DNA of 64,000 nucleotides from positions 6,986,812-7,050,811 of the forward strand of contig NW_003526941.1 of NCBI RefSeq assembly GCF_000181795.1, read 5' to 3'. Below the pieces are notes generated by a model that was not told the DNA's origin, did not search any database, and saw nothing but the letters and a program-made list of their open reading frames with translations. Of the stretch, positions 23,472 through 36,100 are shown one piece after another. Positions within the stretch are counted from its first letter, which is position 1. Every line of letters starts with the position of its first letter. Position numbers and translations under genes: made by a program. This DNA is from Trichinella spiralis (Eukaryota).

Positions 23472-25123
23472 TATGTTTGATAATTTTTATTTTGTTTAAT
23501 TTTTATTTTTATAATTTTTCTCGAGTTGACAACCAATTTTTTGGGATGTTCAACTGAATTAAAAATATTATTGTTCAAATAAAAAAAAACTTTTTCTAAA
23601 TTCTAATTTGTCTGTAATTTGTATAAAAGTTGAAATTCTCATTTGATTACTATAGAATCTTAATGATAGTCACGATTTATTAAAAAGTAAACGACAACTG
23701 TACAATTTACAGTTTATGTTGTATTGTTTGGAAATTGGAATTGTTTTTAATTACATAAAGTTGTGAAATTTTATTTTAAATTTACACCAAAATCACGGAC
23801 AGAATTTGACGACTTAATTTTTGAATAATTAAGCGTAATGTAAATGATTAAATAGGGACAAAAGTATTGTGGAGAATATACGAGGAGTGAAACAAGATAA
23901 ATTTACAATACTATCAATCACTTTGTTGACTGATTTTTCAGGTAATTGATTTCAATGTTGAAATATATAATTTCATGTTGGACTTGATGAATGAAATTGA
24001 TTGTCAGTGTTATGATATTTTATAGAAGAAGCCTAAAACATGTTGTACATTGCAACATGCCAGTTGTACATATTGTATTATATTCGTTTGTATATTATTT
24101 TGCATTGAATGGTTAAAATTTTTTATTGGAAAATTTTTTATATCAAATTAAACAAAACCAAAATTTTCAACTTTTTTAGTTTTGGAAGCGAATTATAATT
24201 TACATTTGCAATAGATTAATGGGAAAACCGACTTATATGCACATATATATGAATGTACACGTGAGTGTGGGTGTATAATGCGTATAATTGTTTAATCTGT
24301 ACAGTATACATAAACAGAATGAGCGAATGTTTGTTTATGTTATGCAAATTTATGAATGTCAATGGAATTATTTTAGTAAACGTTGAGGTAGAATAAATAT
24401 TTGCCATCGGAATGATAATATTTATTTTTTAACGTGGATAATAGTTACTGTTACAAAATAGCTTGTATGTTAAAACCGCGTAATTGTAATTTTATTAATT
24501 TTCTCATAATTGAATTCACCAACTACTTGAATACGCAGTAAAATATGAGAGCTGATGATACAATTGAATAAGATTAAAAATTAATAAACAAAATTCTATT
24601 TTATACCAACAATAATTGATGATGATTTATTAAAAAAAATTATTGTTAAAAATCAAATTTATATTATAAAAATATTATCAAAATTTTCACATCACGTGTG
24701 TTTGGGTGTGTGTGTGTGTGTGTATGGTCGATTCATTCGCTTTAATTTTATTGGTTTCAATTTGGATAAGTGAAAGAAAGAATAAGGTGCAACAATTTCA
24801 AAAATTTGCATATTCATCGAGAGTTTTCAATTGACTGGACAATGATTTGTTGATAATCTTTCGAACAGATTGGTCGATTGATGGTGATTTTCATTTTCAA
24901 TCATTGTCGTTATTGGTCAGCTTTGTTATTGTTATTATTATTCTAATTCGGTAAATGAGAATAAGAAGAAGAAGAAAAAAAGAGGTGCGACTTGCAGCAA
25001 AACGGTCGGTGACTTGACTGACATTTATTTAATGGTCCGTTTGGTGGTGGTTTAAAATGACTACTGGACTATTATCATTATTCTTATTATTCTTTATTAT
25101 TATTATTATTATTGTTGTTGTCG

Positions 25124-25418
25124 TATAAAAAGCGAGCACGCTTTATGTACAATGGCTGGCTTTCTTTCACAATCTGTCCGTCACAAGCCAACAAGCCGGC
25201 CCGGCCGAAAATAACAAAAGCGCCACACCGCTGTAGAAATTGTTGTTCGTTGAATTGAAGTCGAGCCCATTACCCAACTTCAGACCGCCTGCCTTTCACA
25301 ACCAACAAACAAACAGCATGCCTGCGAAACTTTTCTCCACTCTCTTCACCAACAGTCGACTACAACTTCCATCGTCGCTCCTCGTACTTATGATAATTTT
25401 TTCTCTTCACTGGTAAGT
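25124..25418 (+). promoter_or_regulatory. Candidate TATA promoter with first exon ending at a consensus splice donor
   Basis: TATAAAAAG at 25124, a GC-richer stretch of about 280 bp, then CTG|GTAAGT at 25412/25413 followed by T-rich intron-like sequence. Confidence 0.45.
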
Positions 25419-28400
25419 TATTTTATTTTATTTATTCATTTTTTTTTCATTTATTTTTCACAATCGGCATTATTCATTGGTTCTTTTTTCAAAAAAAATA
25501 AGTTTCGCGTGTAAATTTTCGTTTCTAATTATCAAATTAATCATTTTATTATGACAAGTATTGTACTGCCAGCGCTGCTTTATGCAAAAAAACAGTTCCT
25601 CGCAAAGTCTGATGACACAAATATAACCGCGCTTCGGTGGCGTTTTGCAATTTTCGTTCGACTCAACTTTATGCAAATTTTTATCATTCAAGTTGACATT
25701 TGCGAAAATAGTTTTCTTTCACCAAATTAGAACAAGGAGGAAACTGAAAATAGATAGTACTACTAATAATAATGGGTTATTTTTTGAAAAAAGAAATGTA
25801 AATGTATTATTTATGCATAATTATAATTATCTTAATGTTGCGTAGCAAGTTATCAGCATTAGGACAATAATATTTTTCAATTTCATTTCGTTTCTCTTCT
25901 TATTTATTTATACATGCTCAAATATATTGTATTGAATTTTGATGCCAAGTTTTACTTGAACATTTCAAATTTCACCAATGTATATATATATATTTATATT
26001 ATTGCAAAGTAATGTGTGTACGTTAGTGGTGTATGAAGTTTGAAAGTCTGTGATTTTTTGAATGAAGTTTCATCAAGCTAGCAGTGATTGAATTGAATTT
26101 GTTGCCAAAAATGCTTCCAGTTGTTTGCCATTTTTGTCAGGCTGAACAATTTTAATTGCCATTGCAAAATGTGAACGGTTTTTTGTCAAGAATGTTTCCA
26201 TGTTGAACTTTAAACTCAATTCTTCTGCAGTCTTCGGATAAAATAGAAACTGCTTGTAACATTCAATTTTACTATTTTATTATGTATGATGGTGGTATAA
26301 TTTTGCTGTTTTTTTACCTTATCGAGACAAATAAAAAAGCACGAAATGCTTTTTGAGATAAGATTTTCAATATTCTTGTTTTTCTTTTCTTCAACTTTCA
26401 AGCATTGTATACAGTTCGAGCAGCAGAGTATAAATTGTTGTTTCAACTTTCAATTTTGCAGTTTGATTTTTCAAACCGAGCAAAAATATGGTGCATATTG
26501 AGGTGTCGAACTTCCGGAGTAACCGAATTTCTTTCAATGCATCTAACCTAGAAAACTTTTTATGATCGCAGATTTTGAAATATACACTCATTTGAAGCAA
26601 TTCTTTTGCACAATAGCTGTGCATTGTTGGCCTTCGTTGACAATTGCTGCATCTGTTAAATGCATGTTCACTGAGAAAGTGCTAATTATAACAAAAATGT
26701 CCTTTCCTCAACAAAAGCTCAACATTTTCCCCATACAATTGGTGTTGTTTCTGCCTTCTTTTTTTCTGCTCTTCCAATCTATTTATGCTTCATTATATTT
26801 TGTAAACTTTGTAAACTTGATTTCTCCACACAACGCATTTTGAAATGTACTTTTACAAATTTATCACCAACAATTCCATTCCATTCCATTCCATTCTATC
26901 TATTTTACTACTTGAATAGAAATTATTTGTGAATTTATTTATTATTCATATTCATACTTATAACATTGTCGTCCAATTCAATTTTATGCCAATTCATTTC
27001 TTCTTCAATGAATGATAATTTTTGAGTCAAAAAATATTTCCGTCGTGTTTTTTACTTCTACTGTTGAAATATTAATTTCAATTTTGGCGTTAAATTTATA
27101 TAAACATCCGAATAGTTTCGTTTATTTTCCCTTTCTTTATCGTCATCGCGCTATTTCGTGCTTTACAAACACATTTAAATGGAACTAAACAAATACAATT
27201 TAATCCCTTTTATTCTATTGTATTTTCACTTTGAATATTTGCTTTTCCACAATGATGCTTGATTGTGAACGGTTGGAAGAAAAAGCGCGACCATTATTTT
27301 AAAACCTTTTTAATCATGAAACAAAGAATGCTTCAAAAGAGAATTCAGTAATGCTTTTGTCATATAAAATAATACAACTAAACATGACATCACTAATTAT
27401 ACGTTGTATATTATATTGAGCGCATAAATTTCCAATTTGCAGTGCATACTAACTACATTTCTAACTTTATTTTTCCTCTGTTCAGGTAAATATGTGAGGT
27501 AAATATTTCATCTACTTTGGGTTTTTTTTTAAATTTTCATCAACTTTTATCAACTAAAAGTTACTTTAAAATACCTCTAGTCGGATGTCACCTTTCAGCT
27601 ATTATATGCTTTTATAGAACTTTTGCATTTATTTTTGAATTAAAAAATAATAAAGCACAAGTGAATATCCGTCTTCTCATATATTTTCTGCTGATATAAT
27701 TACAATGAAATTAGACAATTCATACTGTAATGTTAATATATATCGAATTGTTTTGAATGTTTTTACCTACCGTATTAAATAAGGAAATGATTTTTTTATT
27801 CTATGAAATTTATAAAATTTAATTTTTTTCAATATAAATATTTTCTCAAGTTTTGCAGAGCTAAATGTCACTGTATACAGAGAGATCCATAAAATCAGTC
27901 AGTCTTGACAGTACTTTATGATTTACAATAATTGATAGATTACGTTCACTGAGAAGACAAAGTTTAGATTTTTATAAATGAGATGAAAGTTTTCTGAAAA
28001 ATGAATTTTTCAAATATATTCTACTTATCTAAGACAAAATGGCAAATAAAAATTAATCAAAAATGTAAAAAATATTATCAATAAATAAGGTTGTTTTAAG
28101 CTAATCTTTTTTTAAACAATAATTGTATTTAATATACTTTCTTTTTAGTTTTTATATTTAATTCAATGGAATAAATATATATCAACTTGAAAAACATGAA
28201 ATATGGAATAGATTTATTTTTTTTAAAGAAATGTAATAGCCAAATTATATTTTCATCCATATTAAGTATAGTTCTGCTTTTTTTGAAAAAAAATACTTAT
28301 AATTATGAAATAATTGTAGCAGTTTTAATGATTCTGAGAAATATTTAGTTTTCGCGTTATTAACAAAAGAAACAGTTTCTTTTTAAATGTTATACAAGAA

Positions 28401-29754
28401 AATGTTGTTCAGCATCTTTGCTTTTGCTGTAGATGTATATAATACGCAGATTCATTTATTGTTTTTTTTCCGCATTATTCTATTCATCAGTTCTGTGTGT
28501 CATTTGTGCAAAAGCGAGCAGCCATTTTATTTGAATAGAATCGATTTTTGAATGCATTTTATTGGAAAAGAGTATTAAAGTTTAAAAGCGAATTCTCCCA
28601 TGTTAAACTAATTTCACTGTGAGAATGTCATTTCCACGTTTCTGATCAATGTCGATGCAAGCAACTAACAATTAGCTCATAGTTAGGAATAAAGACTGGC
28701 AAACAATTGCCTATGCTAAATGTGCGTAAATGGCAGACAATAAATTGAATACACACAGTTGTTGATAAAGAAACAAAGCATTAGAGATATTTGATCTACT
28801 ATACATAATTAGCTAATTCTGCACTATTTTGACTCATCAGAAAATTTTCCTTTCACAATTTCCATTCGCATTTGAAATAATTAATAATTGGATATTCATT
28901 TTAATTTTTCATACAAACAAAATGGTATCTGCAAGTAATGCATGCTTGCTTTAGATTGCGCATTTCAACCCTTTTATTTTCATAAAAGTCTACGCTGACA
29001 AGAACAGTAACAAATTAAACAGAGTTTGAGAAACGTTTTACTAACAAAATCCCGTTTATAGAGGTGTTTTATAATCATAAACTGTTTTCTGGCCAAATCT
29101 TGCTTGAAGTTTTGTTATTAATAATATTCAACATGCTGTCATTAAAATTCTCATTTGAAATTTCAAGTAAAAAGGGAATGCAGTGTGAGCAAATATGGTT
29201 AGGCAAATTTTGTGTATGACAGTAACTAAAAAGTGAACAGTAGAAAACCAATAAGCTGATAAGCAAAGTTAGTTTGAATCGATTGGGGAGTTGTTTGCAG
29301 TATGCAAGCTAGAGGATGATTATAAATTTGCAAGCTTCAGTGGTGATTTCACATAGAATGGAAGCAATATTTGGTATAAATAGCTTTCAGGTGGTTGCAT
29401 AATTTGATACGTCAAACAGATGTCATTGTCAGGGCTTCTAGTCATAGAAAAAGGCTTCTGCAATCATTTGCTGAGAGAACGGCTGAGCTGCTATGCGTAA
29501 GCAGCTTTTAATAGTAGCTTCTTGTTGCTATTCGTCAGAGAAACGGATGTCAATCAGACGGACAATGGGCGCCTCGGCTGGTCGGTCGCACTAATGTGCG
29601 TCAAGCATTCATGAGCACAATGTGCAACTTTATTCATGCACGTTCCAAAGTACTTCAGCTAACTCTTTTCTTTAGCTTACAAAAGCAGAACACAATGACT
29701 GCTTTCATGCTAGTTCAGAAACAACATAAAGCTAGATGCTTTTCAAAGAGGTGC

Positions 29755-30110
29755 TTCTCTTTCAGTTTCTCTCTCTCTCTGCTCTCCGCTCTCCCCTTTC
29801 TCCCTCCCTTCTCCCTCTCTCCTTTCCTCTCTTTTTCCCTTGCTCCTTCTCTGTCCTTCCATCTTTCCTATTTCATCCCTTTCTTCTTCTTCTTCTTCTC
29901 TATTTCTCTTTTTCTTTTGTCTACTTTCTCTTCTACTCACTCTCTTCGCCTCCTCCTTCTCACTTTACTTCACCTTTCGCCCCTCCCCCTCACTCTTTCT
30001 TCTCCTCTCTTTTCATCTGTCTCAATCTCTTCATATTTATCATTTTCTTTTGATTTATTTTTTTTCTCACTTTCTAGCCCTTTTTAGTGCCTCTTTCTAG
30101 CCCCTTTTTA
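29755..30110. repeat. Polypyrimidine (CT-rich) low-complexity tract
   Basis: About 350 bp almost entirely C/T on the + strand, with (CT)n and (CTT)n units. Confidence 0.9.
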
Positions 30111-33100
30111 ATGCATCAATGCTGCAAAGTTAATTCAAAGAAACACGCATGCATACAAACAAACATACACAGAGATACATGCAGACATATATACAAACAT
30201 GAGCTTTAACAAACTTAAACCGATATCCCTTAGCTGAAAATCTCCTTCTGCACAAGTTAAACGTTGTTTTCTTAATTTCTACTCGCCGTTGTCTTGTTCC
30301 AAAATTTTCCTTTACTTCTCACCGGTGGGTGACTTGCACCCAACTGCGTTCTACCACACTTCCGTACTAACGTCATAGTTTTTACTTTGCTTCAGGGTTT
30401 TTATCCCGCAGAGTTTGGCCTCGTCTTTTTTTAATCGGTGAGAAAACGAAAGCTACATCTATTTTTCAAATGTTTTTCCTTCTGTTCTATTTCCAATTGG
30501 TTAAAAAAATTTGCATTTCATTTACCAGATTATCAGTCAACCTAGTGCTTATTGTTGAAAATTGTTCTGTTCGATCATTTGTATAATATTCATCATTTTA
30601 ATAATGACATTTATTACATATTGTAATGATCAATAGAAAATAATTTTTGAAAACAACAATTAATAAGCATAAGGTTTCTTCTTTTCAGTTTGAAAATGCT
30701 TTTGTTGCTTGAAAACTCTCAATTTCCAGTTATTTTGTTTGCTTCATAATTTAAAGTTTCTTCAAATTTTATGTGGAAGCTTTTTTAATGATGCACTTGG
30801 TTAATTATTTTATTTTAAAATATCTTTTCAAAACTGTTATTTTTCAATTCAGTATTTACAATTTGAAATGCCAATGATTTGCGTATTAAGCATAGACTAT
30901 TCATGTTTGCTGCGCGTTACAAGTTTGATAATTAATATAGCATTCCTTCTTCAGTTAGAAGTTTGTTATTTTTATTTTGCGTTAAAATTACCTAAAGTTA
31001 CAAAACATTATATGACAATGGTAGCATGAATATGGTAGTGAACTGTAACTTCGGGAACTTGAAACTTACTAACTGATCTGAGTAGGACATTTGAAAACCA
31101 CTCTTTTCTTTCTCATCAGTAGCTGTTGTATATTTTTGTAAATTTAAAAAATGAAAATTCTATTAAAGTTGGAAAATGCAATCGCAGATGACTGCAATCT
31201 CTTTCTGACTTTGGTTTCCTTTGAATTTCCATTTCCTTGAAAGCTGCTTTATTCTCTTTTAAGCTGACTGTTTTTTTTTTAATTTCTTACAATTTCAGTA
31301 GTCTGACAATGATAACAATTGTAATAACGGCAATAAATTCAATAAAATGGTAATTTTTTGCTTGCTGAACAAAATTGAATAGTCACAACCTTTTATTTAT
31401 ATTGCGCACAAATATTCTGACGTAGCAACGTATTTTATTTCATGTTTTTCTGATGCAACTTTGATTCAATGCATTTCCTTCTGAAATGAATTGCTTGCAT
31501 AGAAAAAAAATAATTCTAGAAATATGACTGGTTTTGAAACGGTGAATATCTCCTAATTTGAATATTCTCCAGCTTATTAAACGGAACAACAGAGTTGCTG
31601 CTCATCAACAGTCGAAAGAGAGGCGAATCTTGCAACTGATAGTTACATTAGTCGACGTTTAATGCATTACAATTATATTTAAAAAAAACAAATTTATTAT
31701 AATGATTAACAGTTTTAAAATTGATTTTTGATTGCTTATTACAATTATGATTAATGCTGATAACTGCTCGTGCAATTTTGATTGTTACATCATCGTTAGT
31801 GTTAGTAGATGTAATTTATCATTGAGTTTTTATTTTGAGCGTTTTCCAAATGTTGCACTGAAACATGAAATTTTTAAGCAAATTATTTTTCATGTATTAC
31901 CATACTTATTGACAATGACGATTTTCTAAAAGATAATAATACTTGGAATAGGCATTGTGCATCAATATAACACGTTGCTGGCATGTGGACATGCTTTAAC
32001 TCAACTTTTATTAATTAAAAAACTTTACTGCTATCTTAATTTTTATATTTTGCAATAGAGATGTACAACTTTTATAGAATTTTGAACGACATTTTTTATT
32101 TGTGTGAATCCACAGTTATTTAGTTTATAAAGTTAAACTTTTCAAGTTAAATGTATTGGGACAAATAAAAGCAATTAATATATTTATATAACTGTATTAC
32201 GTAATGAATATAATGAATGCATTTAATGGTTGTTTGAAATAAATTTTGTTAGATTTTTCTTATGGATATTTCAAAATGAGAAGTGAACTTTTCAATTTTT
32301 CCATTTTTTGTTCTTCTCGATTTTGTTCATTCTGCGTTGCCTTGTTGTTTCGGTTGCTGTTGTTTGATCTACCAAATTTTAATAATAGTCACTTGTGCAC
32401 TGAAGGATGCTCATTCTCGTATCAGTAGACGGTTTGAAATCTTCATTGTTTATTTACATTCGTGTTTCACAATTGGGCTGAATTTGTGGAGATGAAAAAG
32501 AATAATTTCCGTATAATACATAGAGCTGATAAAACTGGTGTTTGATAAGAGTGAAATCTTCGAATAATAATGCGAAATTCGACGCTCAGCATTCGTGCTT
32601 GTTAGGTTAAATTAATTTCAAAATACAGAGAGCATTTGAAAGGGAGAAATTTTAAAGATCAAGATTATGTCATCAGTAGCATTTCTTCATTTATGCACCA
32701 AAATAAACATTGAAATAGAAAAGTCGGTAAAGTGATGTAAGTAAGCTGTTGCATTTTAAAATAATTTTATGGCAATTTTATCATTGTGCTTTTCTCAATC
32801 TGTTGATTGTAACGGCTGCTTGTTTCTGGTTAAAACTAAGAGCTGTTTTCATATTTTTCACATTAAACTTATCTAATAGAATATAGAATAGCATAATGTG
32901 CACATTCTGGTTTACGTATTGAAAACCTTATGTTATTTTGCTATTCTAAGCAAAAAATACATGAAACGTGTAATTTTATACTGTAGAATGATATGCTCAA
33001 GTACTAATCTAAAACTACTGAAAATAGGAAAAAATCTGTTTTGTTTTTATAGTATTTTTTTTCATTTAAATAATTCGTTTTAAATGGGAAATCGACTTTA

Positions 33101-36100
33101 AAATTACTTAATGTATTAATATAAATGTTTTAATTTCAAGCAATTTTTAAAAAATTATTTCAGTAAACGTTCCATTGATGGACGGTACATGGATGATGAT
33201 TGTGCATTGCATTTAAATTTTTGCACAGGTTTTCTTGGCTGTTGCATCTTCAAGATTTTATTTCATGTACTTTTTCTTAAACTCAGTTAATTTTAATTAG
33301 AAAATCATCATAATTTTTTGGCATTAATGTTTATGAGAAAGCAAACTTAGATGCAACAATATTACTTTTTGAGCACAAAAATTCTATAGAGGTTTTATCT
33401 TTATGTTCAATTTGGTCCATTTGAAAATTCATCACATATAAATGAGGAAAAGAAAAACTTTTCCAAAGGACGTTGGCCTTGTTATTGCGGAAAAGCTGCA
33501 CCCTTAAACGTAACTACCACTGGCAAATTTTGATTCTTAGGGGATTTATAACAAATAAAGTAGCGTGTGAAAAAATTTTACAGCCAAATTGTGCGGCCTT
33601 CTTGTTGTCCTGACCGATTCAACAAGCAAGTATACGCGTGTCCCCAGCGACTAATGCTTGTCAAGTGTCTAAGCATGGAGTAAGTGGTACCTGTTTTTCA
33701 ATTGTTCCTCTGCCCAAGGCCATAGGCTGGTCAGAACTCTTTGGTTGACCTCGTCTTGCTCATCAAGAGGATTACCGACTGGTCAAGGCTGTATGCGGGA
33801 ATTAAGCTGTCACGGTCTTTCTCAATTCATGACCGGCTATGACAATTTTTTATTTTTTGGCCCCATCTTCGCCTTTCTGTGACCTCCTCGTGTTGCCAGT
33901 TGTTGACTGTATTTTCCGGTTGCTCAAGTAAACATTTGGGTCGTCGCAATTTCAGTTGTTCCCCAAAATTGTATACTGTAGTGGTAATTGTTGTCACAAA
34001 ATGTCAGCATTAATCATTGATTCTCTCTTACGGTTGTCATATTTCAATCTTCCAGTCGTTCACCTGCGCCACAATAGTTATGCTTCCATCGATTTCCGGC
34101 TCATGAAACGACAACGATAAAACGAACAACATTATCTATCACTGATGATAACGATGGTCTGAATGAAATCGGTCCCAGAAATATTACAATACTTTTCCAA
34201 GTTATCGTGGATAAGTGTTGCTAGTTTTAGGAAAAATTGTCGACTCTTTTGAGGAAGCAGTTTCTGAATAGTTCTTCAACATTTGGAGGACATTATTTTT
34301 AAAATTGAATTACACTTGGCCTCTAGTCTGCCTTCTGAGCAGGAGTTGTATTTATTCTTTGGGGTGGTCACTTCTGGCAGAGCAGGACAACTTTCTTTAT
34401 TTAGCCTCTCATTCGATACTGAATTGCTTTGTAATAGTGAATTTGGTAACATTTTTAAACAAAACATTACTGAAAACGCAGTGCATGCATGCACAAACGA
34501 CGAATGTATTCACGCATGCATAAATAAAATGAATAAATTAATATGCATATAATTTATTTGTAATTAATTTACTTTCTTTGGCAAGTTTTGCTAAACATTT
34601 CCAATGCAAAAAATGTTCCAACTGCTTATCTGATGTGCATGTATGTGAGGTAGCTGAAAATATTCTTCTGAATTTTGTCCCTTAGAATTCACCTTCGGGA
34701 TATGATGAACTTTAATCATGATTAGAAACAATCATTGATAATAGTTATTTTTTGAATTACAATCAAATTTTTGTCACCTTTTATTTTGCATCCAATTATC
34801 GCAACTATTATTCACGTGCTATAAAAAGGATACTCTAACGTGTTTTTATGCCATAATGATCACTTGAAATGTAAAATTGGCTAATTTATAAAAAAAGTTG
34901 CTCTTTACGAATAATTCGTGTATACTTTTTTGCATAATTGTGTTTAGTTTTAATTGGCATTGTTGTGTAGTATTCGAGTAGTGTTCTATTGAAAATCGGA
35001 ATTCAACAGAACAGTTTTCAGTATTAAGTATAAGATATGTATATGGCTTTCATTCTTGTCCGTAAAGTGACCAAAATAACAAACAGTAGCCAGTTTGTCA
35101 ATCAGCTTAATTGCACTTACCTGAGATCAGTTTCTGATTCTGAACAATTGATATGTTTTTAGAATCAAGTCAATCTTATTTCTGGCAATTTATTAATTGC
35201 AATGAACAGTATTCGCTTGAGATTTGAACTGCTCAGCATTATGCAAATGGAATTAAACTAAGTATTTAAATATTTGTGCTGCTAATAAAAAGAATTTATT
35301 TCATTATTCACAGCAGTAGCTAAATTTGCATTTCAACGGTGATTTTATTCCATCTTGATTTTATGCCGGCAAGTACAATGGTTTGCAAACAGCAAGTAAA
35401 ATGTTAGCGGCGTATCAAAAGCTATTGAAAATTGTGATGCGCCATATTTTCTTTTTTCTCCATTTTACTTAACCATTTGAAATGAAATGAATCACTATAC
35501 GAACGCACGTTGTACAACTTTTCACCACCGTCAGATGACAACAATTCCATCTGGCAAACATGACAGTCTGTAAGCAAGTGACATTTGACGAGCGTTTGAA
35601 AATTGTTTTCCATTTGAAAAGCGGCCGCCGTCTTTTATTTCCAAGAATCTATTTGAAATTAATCTTAAAGTTTGCTTTAGCGACGCTTGTTCAATCGTAC
35701 TAATATTTGCTACCAAAATATGGTTTAATTTTTCATTGTCATCGTATTATAATTCATCCTTTTCCCAATACACTTGTAGCAACGAAAAGAGAACATTTTT
35801 AAATAATTAAGAATCGAAAAAAAATTAATTGTGTGGTGTTCAACGTGCTTTGCTTTTCTTTAGATACATTTTATTGAAAGTTATTTTTTTATAAAATTTT
35901 CTCTGAAATATAATATGGGAAAATTATATTTTCTTCACATATAATTTTCCAGTTATTTCAATTTTTATGCTAACCAGATGTTCTTCAATTTTTTCCATTG
36001 TGACAGAAAACAAAAAGAGGTGTGCCAATAATTTCAGGGTGGGCTTATTTATTGAAAAGAGGCGTTCGCGTTTTTCGGTGAGAAAAGTACGCTTGTTCAA

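Noticed and set aside
22814..23578. 254-aa antisense ORF (F/S-rich)
   Set aside because: Shadow of the low-complexity E/K codons on the + strand.
29596..30100. Hydrophobic F/L/S ORFs
   Set aside because: Artefacts of the polypyrimidine tract.
34276..34552. Overlapping 70-90 aa ORFs
   Set aside because: No recognisable domain or convincing splice sites.
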